Part shown: positions 9,550 through 19,400 of the stretch, one piece after another
Position numbering within the stretch: position 1 is the stretch's first letter
Layout: each line of letters begins with the position of its first letter
Origin: Pseudomonadota bacterium
GTDB lineage: Bacteria; Pseudomonadota; Gammaproteobacteria; Steroidobacterales; Steroidobacteraceae
Length of the DNA stretch: 37,911 nucleotides
Assembly: GCA_003242495.1 (NCBI GenBank)
Contig: QGUO01000001.1
Span: 1 to 37,911 of the forward strand
Direction: 5' to 3'
Notes under the pieces: model-generated
Database searches by the model: none
Seen by the model: only the letters and a program-made list of their open reading frames with translations
What the model was told of the DNA's origin: nothing
Translations under genes and position numbers: made by a program

Positions 9550-10266
9550 TCAGTGCGAGGCGGTGCTGGCGCCTTGCTGCGGATGAACAGGGCGGCGCGC
9601 AGCGAGCCAGCCGATCAGGATGGCGACCATCATGGCCGCGCTCAGCGTGCCCGTGAAGAGGACGCGAAACTCCGCTTCCTGTGCCAGATAGGCCTGGACG
9701 TCGTAATCGACGCCCACGAAGCCGCTGTAGCGGCCCTCGCTGTCGTATATCGGCGTATACGCCGCCAGGAGATGACCGTACTCGTGTTGCCGGAACCCGG
9801 GGGCGACCCAGGTCTCGCCGTGGGCGATGCGTTCCAGCCAGCGGACATCGCGCTCCTCGTCCACGAGACGGAACTCTTCCAGATACGACGGCGCGCGCCG
9901 CGTCGCGAGCGCGCGTGAGGCGGCCGTGTCCACCACGAAGTAGGGGCGCCCCGCACGCTCGACCAGGGTATAGGCATGGATGATTCCCGGGCTCGCGGCA
10001 TGGAACCGCGCCAGCGGTTCGACCACGCGGTCATAGAGGGCCGGCGTGTAGCGGCCGGGATCGAGGAGCTCGCGATGCGCGTCGCCGTCCACGACGGCGG
10101 CGGCGAGTTGCGCGAGCTGCGCCACGTGGGCGCGCAGCACCTCGAGCCGCGTCTGCTTCGACAGCCATTGTGGAACCGCGACCAGCGCGCCGAGCGCGAT
10201 GGCGGCCGCGAGCGTCACCAGGACGAAGACGCGCGGCGTGAAGGTGCGCAGCGCCGGGGCGCTCAA
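9550..10266 (-). CDS. Membrane protein with two TM helices flanking a Cache-like extracytoplasmic sensor domain and no cytoplasmic output domain
   Basis: TM1 VFVLVTLAAAIALGALVAV. Cache-like end EYGHLLAAYTPIYDSEGRYSGFVGVDYD. TM2 VLFTGTLSAAMMVAILIGWLAA, then a stop about 16 residues later. Likely TTG start overlaps the upstream TGA (TTGA). Confidence 0.75.
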   Translation of the reverse strand: MSAPALRTFTPRVFVLVTLAAAIALGALVAVPQWLSKQTRLEVLRAHVAQLAQLAAAVVDGDAHRELLDPGRYTPALYDRVVEPLARFHAASPGIIHAYTLVERAGRPYFVVDTAASRALATRRAPSYLEEFRLVDEERDVRWLERIAHGETWVAPGFRQHEYGHLLAAYTPIYDSEGRYSGFVGVDYDVQAYLAQEAEFRVLFTGTLSAAMMVAILIGWLAARRPVHPQQGASTASH

Positions 10267-12122
10267 TCGAGGCCGCGCCAGCGATGCATCTGCGCGAGCT
10301 CCAGCGCGGCGCCGCGGCGCAGGCGCCAATGGCGTTCACGCTGCTCACGCTCGCGGCGCAGCTGCGGCCAGCGCTCCAGGTAAGCGTCCAGGACCTTGGG
10401 ATCGGGCGAGTAGCGGGCCAGTGCCTCGGGATGCGCGGCGCGCAGCGCGATGGCGCCGTTGTAGCCGCCGAAGCCCTGTGTCGCACAGAACGCGCCGCCG
10501 TCGGAGTTGCCGGCCACGGGGGCCCGATCGAGCACGAACGACTCGCTTGCCGCACCGAGGTCGGGATCGAGCGTGCGCAGGGTGGGGACGCCCACGGCCG
10601 GCTTGCCCAGCAGGTACTGCAGCGCTTGGGAGACCGCCTTGAGACCGGTCTCGCCCATCGAATGGCCGTCGCCCACGGCCTTGGGCGTGCCCACGACGAC
10701 CCGCGGCAGCGAACCGCGCGCGCCTTGACGCTCGGCGGCCGCCGCGCGCCCGGCCGCGACGGTGGTGAGGTCGGTCTTGGAGTTGGTGCGCGTGCCCGTG
10801 GCGTGCGCGACCATGTACTGAAAATCGCCGACCCCGTAACCGTGACCGCGCCACGCCATGTCGAGGGCGTGAATGATCGCATTCTCGCCGCCGAAGCCGA
10901 CGCCGGCGAAATGCGCCTTGCCGCCGGCTTCGCCGCTTTGGCCCCAGCCGACGATGATGGACGTGATGTCGAGGAAGTTGCGCAGCGCGAAGTCGAGCGT
11001 GGTGACGATCAGGCCCGAGCCGGCCTCGCCGACCACCGTACCGTTCGCGTCGACATCGAACGGCGCCAGGCAATCGCTGACGCTGCGCCGTTCGGCCGGT
11101 GCCCGCTCCGCATTCATGGCCTCCAGCTTGGCGCGGGTCATGAGCGCCCCCGGGCCGAAGGCGTCGAGGATCTCCCAATGCGGGCGCGCAGCGGCGTCGG
11201 CCGCGGTCCACAGCGCCAGCCGCGGCCGGCGGAAGCCCGGATAGTCGAGCAGCAGCTGTGGCGCGATCTCGCAGAACGCGATGGAGCTCGAGGCGCACGC
11301 GCCGACGGCGTTGAGCGGCGTCTGCGGCACGCGGGTAAAACCGGACGGTGTGCGCAGCGACTCGAGCAGTGCCGGATTCTTCAGCGACTTGCTGAGCGGG
11401 TAGGCGGGCGCAAGCATGGTGGCGATGAGCGCCGGGCCGTGCGAGGCGAGCGCGTTGGCCAGCCGCATCGCAAACTTGTCGCGCAGCTTGTCGTTCGTCA
11501 GAGCGCTCGAGCCGGCGGCGCGCCATTCGGCGAGCGCATCCATGCCCGGGAAGGCCGTCGCCGCGGCCACCCGGAAATCGTAGGGATCGGGAACGAGCTC
11601 GGCGAGCGACACGGGCAAGGCGGCGAGCGCGCCGAGGCCGGCGTAAACGAACAGCTGCGCCTGCAGAGACGGCCCGAGCCGCGGGTCGTCGTCGAACAGG
11701 CCATACATGTCTTTGAGCGCCGACTCCCGCACGTCGCGGTAGCCGAGTCCGGCGAGCCGGCGCAGTCCGCCGTCCGCCAGGTCGTGCGGCAGGCTGGCGG
11801 CGATATCGGTGACGACGGCATCGCCCAGCGCGGTGAGCTCGGGGATGTGCCGGATGCCGAGCTGCGCGCGCAATGTCGCGCCGTGGCGACGCTCGATCTC
11901 CTCCAGCGAAGCCGGGGAGCCGGCCTCCTCCCCCGCGGCCCAGCGAAAACGCGGCGTGGCGTCCCCGCTGTCCTCGATGTCGACCAGTCCCGCGTCGAAG
12001 GCGGCGTAGCCGATGAACTCGGGCGCGCCGACCACTTTGGCGAGATACGTTTCGGTGCTGCCCACGGCAGACAGCGAGCAGGGGGTTCCGACCGTGACCA
12101 GGACTTTATCGGCAGTCAGCAC
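10263..12122 (-). CDS. Stand-alone beta-ketoacyl synthase (thiolase fold, Cys-His-His), divergent FabY/FAS-I-like
   Basis: NAVGAC*ASS, PFDVDANGTVVGEAG, VAH*ATGTRTN, K.VGDGH*SMG, GFGGYNG. About 619 aa from a probable GTG at 12122. The ORF-track extension into fbp is not credible. Confidence 0.85.
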   Translation of the reverse strand: MLTADKVLVTVGTPCSLSAVGSTETYLAKVVGAPEFIGYAAFDAGLVDIEDSGDATPRFRWAAGEEAGSPASLEEIERRHGATLRAQLGIRHIPELTALGDAVVTDIAASLPHDLADGGLRRLAGLGYRDVRESALKDMYGLFDDDPRLGPSLQAQLFVYAGLGALAALPVSLAELVPDPYDFRVAAATAFPGMDALAEWRAAGSSALTNDKLRDKFAMRLANALASHGPALIATMLAPAYPLSKSLKNPALLESLRTPSGFTRVPQTPLNAVGACASSSIAFCEIAPQLLLDYPGFRRPRLALWTAADAAARPHWEILDAFGPGALMTRAKLEAMNAERAPAERRSVSDCLAPFDVDANGTVVGEAGSGLIVTTLDFALRNFLDITSIIVGWGQSGEAGGKAHFAGVGFGGENAIIHALDMAWRGHGYGVGDFQYMVAHATGTRTNSKTDLTTVAAGRAAAAERQGARGSLPRVVVGTPKAVGDGHSMGETGLKAVSQALQYLLGKPAVGVPTLRTLDPDLGAASESFVLDRAPVAGNSDGGAFCATQGFGGYNGAIALRAAHPEALARYSPDPKVLDAYLERWPQLRREREQRERHWRLRRGAALELAQMHRWRGLD

Positions 12123-12151
12123 GTGATTCCCAGGAAAAAAGACAAAAGCCG

Positions 12152-12166
12152 AAGGGGCGAAGGATA
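12152..12166 (-). promoter_or_regulatory. Candidate sigma70 -10 element with GC-rich discriminator for the ketosynthase gene
   Basis: Minus strand reads TATCCT-TCGCCCCTT. The same TCGCCCCTT follows the -10-like CATACT upstream of yciI. Confidence 0.3.
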
Positions 12167-12256
12167 CACCGATCGCTCGCCGCGGCGCTGCCGTGCGTGC
12201 GCCGCCCTCCCCAAAACGACCTTGTCGCGCGGCGACTTGGCCGCGAGCCGCGGGCC

Positions 12257-13282
12257 TCAGGAGGCCAGATGTGCGGCCACGTGGTCGACTTCCTCGGGGC
12301 TGCCCAGGATCACGGGCACGCGCTGGTGGATGTCGTCGGGCTGCACATCGAGAATGCGCTGGCCAGGGGCGATCAGTCCCTTGCCGCCGGCCTGCTCGAC
12401 GATCATGGCCATGGGATTGGCTTCGTACATGAGGCGCAGCTTGCCGTTCGGCGCCTTGCGGGTGGGTGGATACATGAACACCCCGCCCTTGAGCAGGATG
12501 CGATGGACGTCCGCGACCATGGCGCCTACGTAGCGGCTCGAATAGCCGTGTTCCTGCGCCCAGTCGAGATAGCGCTGGTAGCCTTCCGGGAAGCTGCGGC
12601 GGTTGCCCTCGTTGACCGAATAGCTCTTGTGGGCAGCGGGAATTTTCAACCCTTGCGCGACGCGGATGAAGGCGCCGTAGTTCGGGTCGAGCACGAACAT
12701 GTCGACGCCCAGGCCGATGGTGAGCACGAACACCGTCGATGAGCCGTACAGCACGTAGCCTGCCGCGACCTGCTGGGAGCCGCATTGCAGAACCGAGGCG
12801 CTGGCGTCGGGCGAGCGATGGTCCTTGCGCAGGATGCTGAAAATGGTGCCCACCGAGCCGCATACGTCCAGGTTGGAGGAGCCGTCGAGCGGATCGAACA
12901 GCACGCAGTACTTGCGCTCGCCGGCATCCTCCTCGGTGCGCAGGATCACCGGCTCCTCGTTCTCCTCCGAGGCCACGATGGCCACGCCCTCGCGGCCGCC
13001 CAGGGTGCGCAGCAGGATTTCGTTGGCGATGACGTCGAGCTTCTGCTGCTGCTCGCCCTGCACGTTCTGCGTGCCCACCGTGCCGAGCACGTCGTCGAGC
13101 CGCGCGCGACGCACGTGTGCGGCGATCATCTTGGCCGAGATCGACAGCGCCGAGAGGATCCAGGACAACGCGCCCGTCGCCTCCGGGTAGCGGGCCTGCT
13201 GCTGAAGGATGTGAGCTTGCAGGGTGACGATGTCGGCGGGGCGGACCAGGGATTCTCGTACCAGGCTTTCTGCGGCGGTCAT
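12257..13282 (-). CDS. fbp: Fructose-1,6-bisphosphatase class 1
   Basis: NVQGEQQQKLD, ASEE, FDPLDGSSN, GTIFSI, YSVNEGN, RYVGAMVADVHR.L.KGG.F.YP, GKLRLMYEANP. Confidence 0.96.
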   Translation of the reverse strand: MTAAESLVRESLVRPADIVTLQAHILQQQARYPEATGALSWILSALSISAKMIAAHVRRARLDDVLGTVGTQNVQGEQQQKLDVIANEILLRTLGGREGVAIVASEENEEPVILRTEEDAGERKYCVLFDPLDGSSNLDVCGSVGTIFSILRKDHRSPDASASVLQCGSQQVAAGYVLYGSSTVFVLTIGLGVDMFVLDPNYGAFIRVAQGLKIPAAHKSYSVNEGNRRSFPEGYQRYLDWAQEHGYSSRYVGAMVADVHRILLKGGVFMYPPTRKAPNGKLRLMYEANPMAMIVEQAGGKGLIAPGQRILDVQPDDIHQRVPVILGSPEEVDHVAAHLAS

Positions 13283-13692
13283 TCGATTTTCACGTGAAGT
13301 CGGTGGCGATTCGCCTGAGGCGGTTTCGCATGAGTGGTATCGGGTTGCGCCCGAGCGCATACGCTCGACACGCTGTAACGAAACGCCCGGCAAGCCAAAA
13401 AGTTTCGCAGAGTCACGGTGAAAATTCCAGGGATGCCAGGAACTTGCACGTCGATCGTCATCGAAGGTCTCGACGAACGTGCGCAAGTCGGTGCCGAGCC
13501 GCTTGATTCGCGCGCGTAAGCCGTCGTGCCGGGTGTCGCCAGCGGTCCGCCACGCCGGGTGCTCCGGGCCGGAGGTGCGAGACGCGACGAGCCCGCGCGC
13601 GCTCGCCGGTGCTGCGCCGGCACTCGCCGATCGGAACTGTCACTTCCGGGCGCAGCCGCGCAATATCCTCCAAAAACCATCTCCAGGGGCGC

Positions 13693-14619
13693 ATGACATA
13701 CCAACCAGAATCAGGCGAGGCGGTGGATGCAGCGCTGCCGCTCGCGCAGCTGCGCTCGGCACACAAGCGCTACGGTACGACCGTGGCGCTCGATGGGCTC
13801 GATCTCGAAGTGCGCCGTGGCGAGTTGCTGGCGGTCCTGGGGCCGAACGGCGCGGGCAAGAGCACCGCGATCGCGCTGTTGCTCGGACTGCAGCGGCCGG
13901 ATGCCGGGTCGGCGTTGCTCTTCGGTCGGGCGCCGCATTCGCTCGATGCACGGCGCCGGATCGGCGTGATGATGCAGGAGGTGGCGCTGCCTCCCGAGCT
14001 GCGCGTGCGCGAGCTCGTCGATCTCACGGCCAGTTATTACCCGTCGCCGCACAGTGTGGAGGAAGCGCTCGAGCTCAGCGGGACGCGCTCCCTGGCCGAC
14101 CGGTTCTACAGCAGGCTTTCGGGCGGCCAGAAGCGACAAGTGCAGTTCGCGCTTGCCATTTGCGGTCGCCCGCAGCTGCTGTTTCTCGACGAGCCGACGA
14201 TCGGGCTCGACGTGCCCGCACGCGAGACCATGTGGCGGACCATCCGCCGGCTGGTCGCCGGGTCGTGCTCGGTCGTGCTCACCACACACTATCTCGAGGA
14301 AGCCGAGGCGCTCGCCGATCGCGTGGCGGTGCTGGCCAAGGGCCGTCTCGTGGCGAGCGGCAGTGTCGCCGAGCTGCGCTCCGTGGTGGCGCGTCGCCAG
14401 GTGGCCTGCCTCACGCGCGTGCCGCTCGAGCACATCCGCTCCTGGGCGGAAGTGGAAACCGCGTGGCGCGACCGGGAGCGCACCGTCATTCTCACTGCCG
14501 AGGCGGAGGTCATCGTGCGCCGCCTGCTCGGCGCGGACGAGCAGCTGTCCGAGCTCGAGGTCAGGCGTGCCGGTCTGGCGGAGGCCTTCGCCGAGCTCAC
14601 CCAGGAGGTCGCGGCATGA
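13693..14619 (+). CDS. ABC transporter ATP-binding protein (ABC-2 / drug-exporter type)
   Basis: Walker A GPNGAGKST, signature LSGGQ, Walker B LLFLDEPT, H-loop LTTHYLEEA. Confidence 0.95.
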   Translation: MTYQPESGEAVDAALPLAQLRSAHKRYGTTVALDGLDLEVRRGELLAVLGPNGAGKSTAIALLLGLQRPDAGSALLFGRAPHSLDARRRIGVMMQEVALPPELRVRELVDLTASYYPSPHSVEEALELSGTRSLADRFYSRLSGGQKRQVQFALAICGRPQLLFLDEPTIGLDVPARETMWRTIRRLVAGSCSVVLTTHYLEEAEALADRVAVLAKGRLVASGSVAELRSVVARRQVACLTRVPLEHIRSWAEVETAWRDRERTVILTAEAEVIVRRLLGADEQLSELEVRRAGLAEAFAELTQEVAA

Positions 14620-15410
14620 GCACGGCCTTGCGCACGGGCCATGCGGATCACGCGTCGATGACCCCGGGCCGTATCGCGAACGCGTACTGGACGGAGGCCC
14701 GGTATGCGGCCGTGCGGTTCGTGCGGTTGCCGGCGCTCGCCGTGCCGACGCTGCTCTTCCCGATGCTGTTCTACGTGCTCGTCGGCTATCTCTTTGGCGT
14801 CTTCGAGCTGTCGGACCCGAACGCAGCCAGGTACGTGTTCACCGGCTTCGCCACCATGGCGGCGATCACGCCCGGCATTTTCAGCTTCGGCATCGGGCTC
14901 GCCCTGGAACGCGAGCAGGGCCTGTTCACGCTCAAGCGGGCGCTGCCGATGCCGCCCATGGCGGCGCTCCTGGCGAGCACGGCGATGTCGGTGCTCGCGG
15001 CCGTCGGCGGTGCTCTCGTACTGGCTGTCGCTGCGCTCCCCCTCGGTGCGGTCGCCCTGTCGCCGGCGACGTTGACCGCCGTGATCGCCCTGGTGGGGCT
15101 CGGCGCCATTCCCTTCTGTGCCATCGGATTGTGGCTCGGCGTGATGCTTTCCGGGCGCGCCGCGCCGCCGGTGGTCAACATTGCCTACATGGCGATGATC
15201 TACTTCTCCGGGCTGTTCATTCCGTTGCCGGAGGCCATCCGGGTCGTGACGCTGGCGTCGCCCGCGTTCTATCTGCATCAGCTCATGCTGCCACTCGCGG
15301 GCGCGCCCGGCCAATTGCTCGGCGGCGTGTTCAACCATGCCCTGGTCCTGGGGGGGACCACGGTGCTGTGTCTGTGCCTGGCGGCACGCCGCCTGGAACG
15401 CGCGGGATAG
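14616..15410 (+). CDS. ABC-2 type transporter permease
   Basis: ATGA overlap with the ATPase stop after AGGAGG. About six TM segments and the ABC-2 motif ERE.GLFTLKRALP. Confidence 0.9.
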   Translation: MSTALRTGHADHASMTPGRIANAYWTEARYAAVRFVRLPALAVPTLLFPMLFYVLVGYLFGVFELSDPNAARYVFTGFATMAAITPGIFSFGIGLALEREQGLFTLKRALPMPPMAALLASTAMSVLAAVGGALVLAVAALPLGAVALSPATLTAVIALVGLGAIPFCAIGLWLGVMLSGRAAPPVVNIAYMAMIYFSGLFIPLPEAIRVVTLASPAFYLHQLMLPLAGAPGQLLGGVFNHALVLGGTTVLCLCLAARRLERAG

Positions 15411-15621
15411 CGGCGCGCGACGCCGATCCGGCAGCACCTGTCGCAGGACGCTCCCGCGCGCCGCGCCGCCGATCCGGCGCGCACCACGGACGGACGATCC
15501 CGTCGGTGCACATCACGACGCTCACCGGCGCCGATCGGCCGTTGGCCGGCAAGGGCTTCGCTGGCGACATGCGCATGGGTCAGTATGCCGCCGCGAGCCT
15601 GTCACCGTGGCGAGGTGCCCC

Positions 15622-16398
15622 ATGACCATGCGCAAGACCAGTACGATCGGTTTGCTGACGGTGGCGTTGCTGTTGGCCGCCTGTGACGCGAGGTATCAGG
15701 ACGCCGGGCCGCGGTCGAGCAAGACGGTGACGCTCGATGCGTTCGACGCCGTCGACATGGCAGGCGATGGCCGGCTCGAGATCCGCGTGGGCGACGCCGA
15801 GTCTTCCCTCACGCTGGAAGGAACCGATGCCGCGCTCAGGCGCACGCGCGCCGAAGTGCGCGGCGGCAGGCTGTATATCCGCACGCCCGGCAGCCGGGTC
15901 TTGCTGCTGGGCGCCAGGTTCTCCCCGCTGACCGTGCGCATCGGCGTGCCGCACCTGGCGGCATTGCGCCTGCGCGGCGGCACGGACGTGTCCGTGGAGG
16001 GCTTCCAGGGCGGCGAGTCCGCGATCCGCGTCTCGGGGGCGGCGCACATCCAGGCCGCCGGTCGCTTGCAGAAACTCGTGGTGCACATGTCCGGCGCAGG
16101 CCACGCGGACCTGAACGACTTGATCGTCGATCGGGTGCGCGTGACCGTCGACGGCGTCGGTAGCGTCCATGTGCATGCCAGGGATTCGCTGGATGCGACC
16201 ATGAACGGGGTGGGCGCCATTCTCTACCGCGGTAACCCGTCCGACGTGAAGACGCGGATGAACGGGCTGGGCAGCATCGGCCGCCAGGAGTCCGGTCATC
16301 ATCCGGATGAGTACGGGGATTTGAGCCGGCGCGCACCCGATGCCACCCCTCCGGACGACACACGTTGGTCGCGCGAGACGCCGGGTGAGGTCATCTAG
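15622..16398 (+). CDS. DUF2807 / GIN-domain (adhesin-head-like) lipoprotein
   Basis: Lipobox LLLAAC, repeated SGA/GVG beta-turn units (SGAAHI, SGAGHA, DGVGSV, NGVGAI.YRGNP, NGLGSI), GAGG RBS. Confidence 0.82.
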   Translation: MTMRKTSTIGLLTVALLLAACDARYQDAGPRSSKTVTLDAFDAVDMAGDGRLEIRVGDAESSLTLEGTDAALRRTRAEVRGGRLYIRTPGSRVLLLGARFSPLTVRIGVPHLAALRLRGGTDVSVEGFQGGESAIRVSGAAHIQAAGRLQKLVVHMSGAGHADLNDLIVDRVRVTVDGVGSVHVHARDSLDATMNGVGAILYRGNPSDVKTRMNGLGSIGRQESGHHPDEYGDLSRRAPDATPPDDTRWSRETPGEVI

Positions 16399-16489
16399 CC
16401 CGGGCCCGTCGCGTGACCGGGGTGAGTGCCAATGAGTGACTTGCTCCGCTCGATCGGTATCCGACCTGCGAGGCAGGCGATGGTCGGCC

Positions 16490-19400
16490 TCATGCCAGAT
16501 CGGCCAGCGGGGCAGGCACCTGCCGACGCAGCAAGGCATTGCGCAGCGTCCATTGCGCACCGTCCTCGACGGGCTCCAGGAAACGCACCTCGCCGCCCGC
16601 GTAGACGGCGATGGGCAAGCCGTCGCGGTAGAGCAAGCGGTTGCCGGTGAGGGAGGGCAGCCGGCCACCCGGTGTGAGAATGCCCACCAGGTTCAGCGGA
16701 TCGGCGGCCGAGAGCGAGACCAGCTCGCCTCGATCGGGCTGGCGCCGCGCCTCGCGCAGCGGTGCGACCGCTTCGGGCAGGGCGAACTGCTCGCCCGAGA
16801 ACCCGGCCACGAAGCGCCCGCCGCGAATTTCGCCGCGCGCCTCGAGCCGGCGCAGGCACATCAGCAACTCGCGCCACGGCGGCAGCCAGTCCGCCTCGCG
16901 CTCCAGCAGCTTCCAGAACACCACGCCCCAGCGTTGCAGCAACGCGCGACAGACGTGCTCGATCTCCTCGGCGCCCGGCAGCGTGGCGGGCCCGCGGCGC
17001 ACCAGGGCCCAGCGGCCGGCGTCCTGCATGCCGAAGATGGCGATGCGCCGCCTGCGCCGCGCATCGCGCGCGCTCGGGCGGCGCCGCTCGGCGGGCACCA
17101 GCAAGGCGCGCAACCCGCCGAAGCTGTCGGAGTTGACGATGCCCAGCGCCACCAGCTCCGCCAGCGCATCCTCGACTTGACTGGGCAACAGACCGGCGCC
17201 TTCCACGATCTCGTCGAAGAACGATGCGCCGTGCGCCTGGAGGAACTCGCACACCTGCCGCGCCTTGGCGGTCAGCTGCGTGCGCGCGGCCGGATCCGTG
17301 AAGCCGGACCACATGCGCACATTGCGGCGCGCCAGCAGCGCAATCGGCGTTGCGCGCACCGGCGCCGCGCCCCGCTCCGCATCACCGTTGCGCGCGGCGA
17401 GCCGGCTCCAGACGATGCGGCCGGCGAGGCATTGCTCGTCGAGCCAGCTCGGCTCGTAATCGGCGATGCGCGCCGGCAGGATCTCGGTCTCCCAGGCGCC
17501 GGCGGCGCCTTCGAAGCCTTCGAGCTGCGCGAGCACTGCAGCGACCGCATCCGGTCCCTGCATGCGCGCCGCGGGCGCCACGCGCTGCCACCCCAACAGG
17601 AAACGCAGAAAATCGCGCGCCTGCACGGGCTCGATCTCCGCGCGCAGGCGCCGGACCGTATAGCGGTGGATGCGCGCCAGCAGCCGCCGATCACACCACT
17701 CCTGCTCGGCGCCGCCCTGCGGCGTGAACCGTCCGCGCATGGCGCTGCCTTCCGCCTCGAGCGCGCCCAGCGCGGCATCGATGTCGCGGGTCGGCACGCC
17801 CAGGGCGGTCGCGAGCGCGGCCGCCGTGGTCGGCCCCGATCCCTCCAGCCGGCCGCGCACGGCCGCCACCAGCGCCTCCTCGCGCGACCATGCGCGCGCA
17901 TGGGTGGCCGGCACCTCGACGACGGGTGCGAGTTCGGCCTGCGGGAACAATGCGCGAAACAGCGCCTGCCGTTCAGCGGCGATGTACAGCGTACCGCCTT
18001 GCCCGTCAGCGTCGCCGGAACCCTGCAGGTCCGAGCGGCGCACGCGCACGACGCGTCGCTGCGTCATCAGGGTCCGGATCAATCCCGGCCAGATCGTCGA
18101 GCGTTCGATCTCGCCTTCGGTCATGAAGGTGAGCCACAACAGCGCATCGTGCAGCTCATCCGCCGATCCGGCATCCGGCCAGGCTTCCGTGCGCACGCGT
18201 TCGATGGCGTCGGCATCGAGCTTGCCGATGTCGGCAGCGGACCGCGGATCCATCCATCGACGGCTCATCACCGCCTGTGTGCGACGCTCCTCGAGCGGCG
18301 CATCGTCCAGGTAGGCATACGGTCTGGCCGAGAGCACTTCCAACGCAAGTGGCGAGGGCTCCGTCAGGTCCCGTGCCACCACCCGGATGGCGCCGCTCAC
18401 CAGTCCGCGCAGCAGCCGCTCGAAGCCTTCGATGTCCATGGCTTCCTCGAGGCAGTCCCGCACGGTTTGCTGCACGAGCGGATGGTCGGGGACCACGATG
18501 TCGCCCACGATGTTCTCGCCGCAAGCCACCTGGTCGGGGAACACCGAGGCCAGCAAATCCTCGGCGTTCATGCGAGCAAGCGGCGGAGGCACTTTCTTGC
18601 CGCCGCGGAATCGTGGCAGCGCGAGCGCGATGGAGGCGTCCCAGCGCCAGCGCGTGGTGAACATCGGAGCGGCGAGCAGCGCCTGGATCAGCACCTCGCG
18701 CGCCGTCTCGGGATGTAGATAGCGGGCGACGTCCTTCAACTCGAAGCTGTGCGCCGTGGTGAGCGACAGCACGATGGTGTCCTCGGTGGCGGCGGCCTGC
18801 AGCTCGAAGTTGAACGTGCGGCAGAAGCGTTTGCGCAATGCCAGGCCCCAGGCGCGATTGATCCGGCTGCCGAACGGCGAGTGGATCACGAGCTGCATGC
18901 CGCCGGCTTCGTCGAAGAAGCGCTCGAAGACCACGGTGTCCTGGGTCGGCAGACAGCCGAGCGCCGCATGGCCGGCAGCGAGATACTCGACCAGCTGCAG
19001 GGCAGCCGCGGGGGAGATGCCCAGGGTGTCGGTCAGCCAGTCGCGCGCGCTCGCCAGTCGCCCGGCGTCCGCGGGGCCCCCGTCGTCCCCGCCGAGTCGC
19101 CGCTCGAGCTCGCCGCGCAGGCGCGCCACGGCCGCCGACAGCTCGTCCGTGCGCCCGGGCGCCTCGCCCAGCCAGAAGGGAATGTTGGGTGCCTCGCCGT
19201 GCGCATCCTCCACGCGCACCAGGCTGCGCTCCACGCGCAGAATGCGATACGAGGCATTGCCCAGCTGGAAGATGTCGCCGGCCATGCTTTCGACGGCGAA
19301 ATCCTCGTTGACGGTGCCGATGAGCTGGCCCTGCGGCTCGAGCATCACCTGGTAATCCGCGGTATCGGGGATGGCGCCACCCGAGGTGAGCGCCGTGAGG

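Noticed and set aside
10263-12863. 866-aa ORF suggesting an fbp-overlapping or fused ketosynthase
   Set aside because: The N-terminal ~245 aa are Arg/Pro/Gly-rich off-frame translation of fbp and the spacer. KS-like sequence begins near 12122, and a separate promoter candidate lies in the gap, so an fbp-KS operon is not supported either.
13483-13496. sigma54-like CGGCACCGACTTGC upstream of fbp (also TGGCACCACAAAGC at about 32016-32029)
   Set aside because: Spacing is GG-N9-GC, and sigma54 requires N10.
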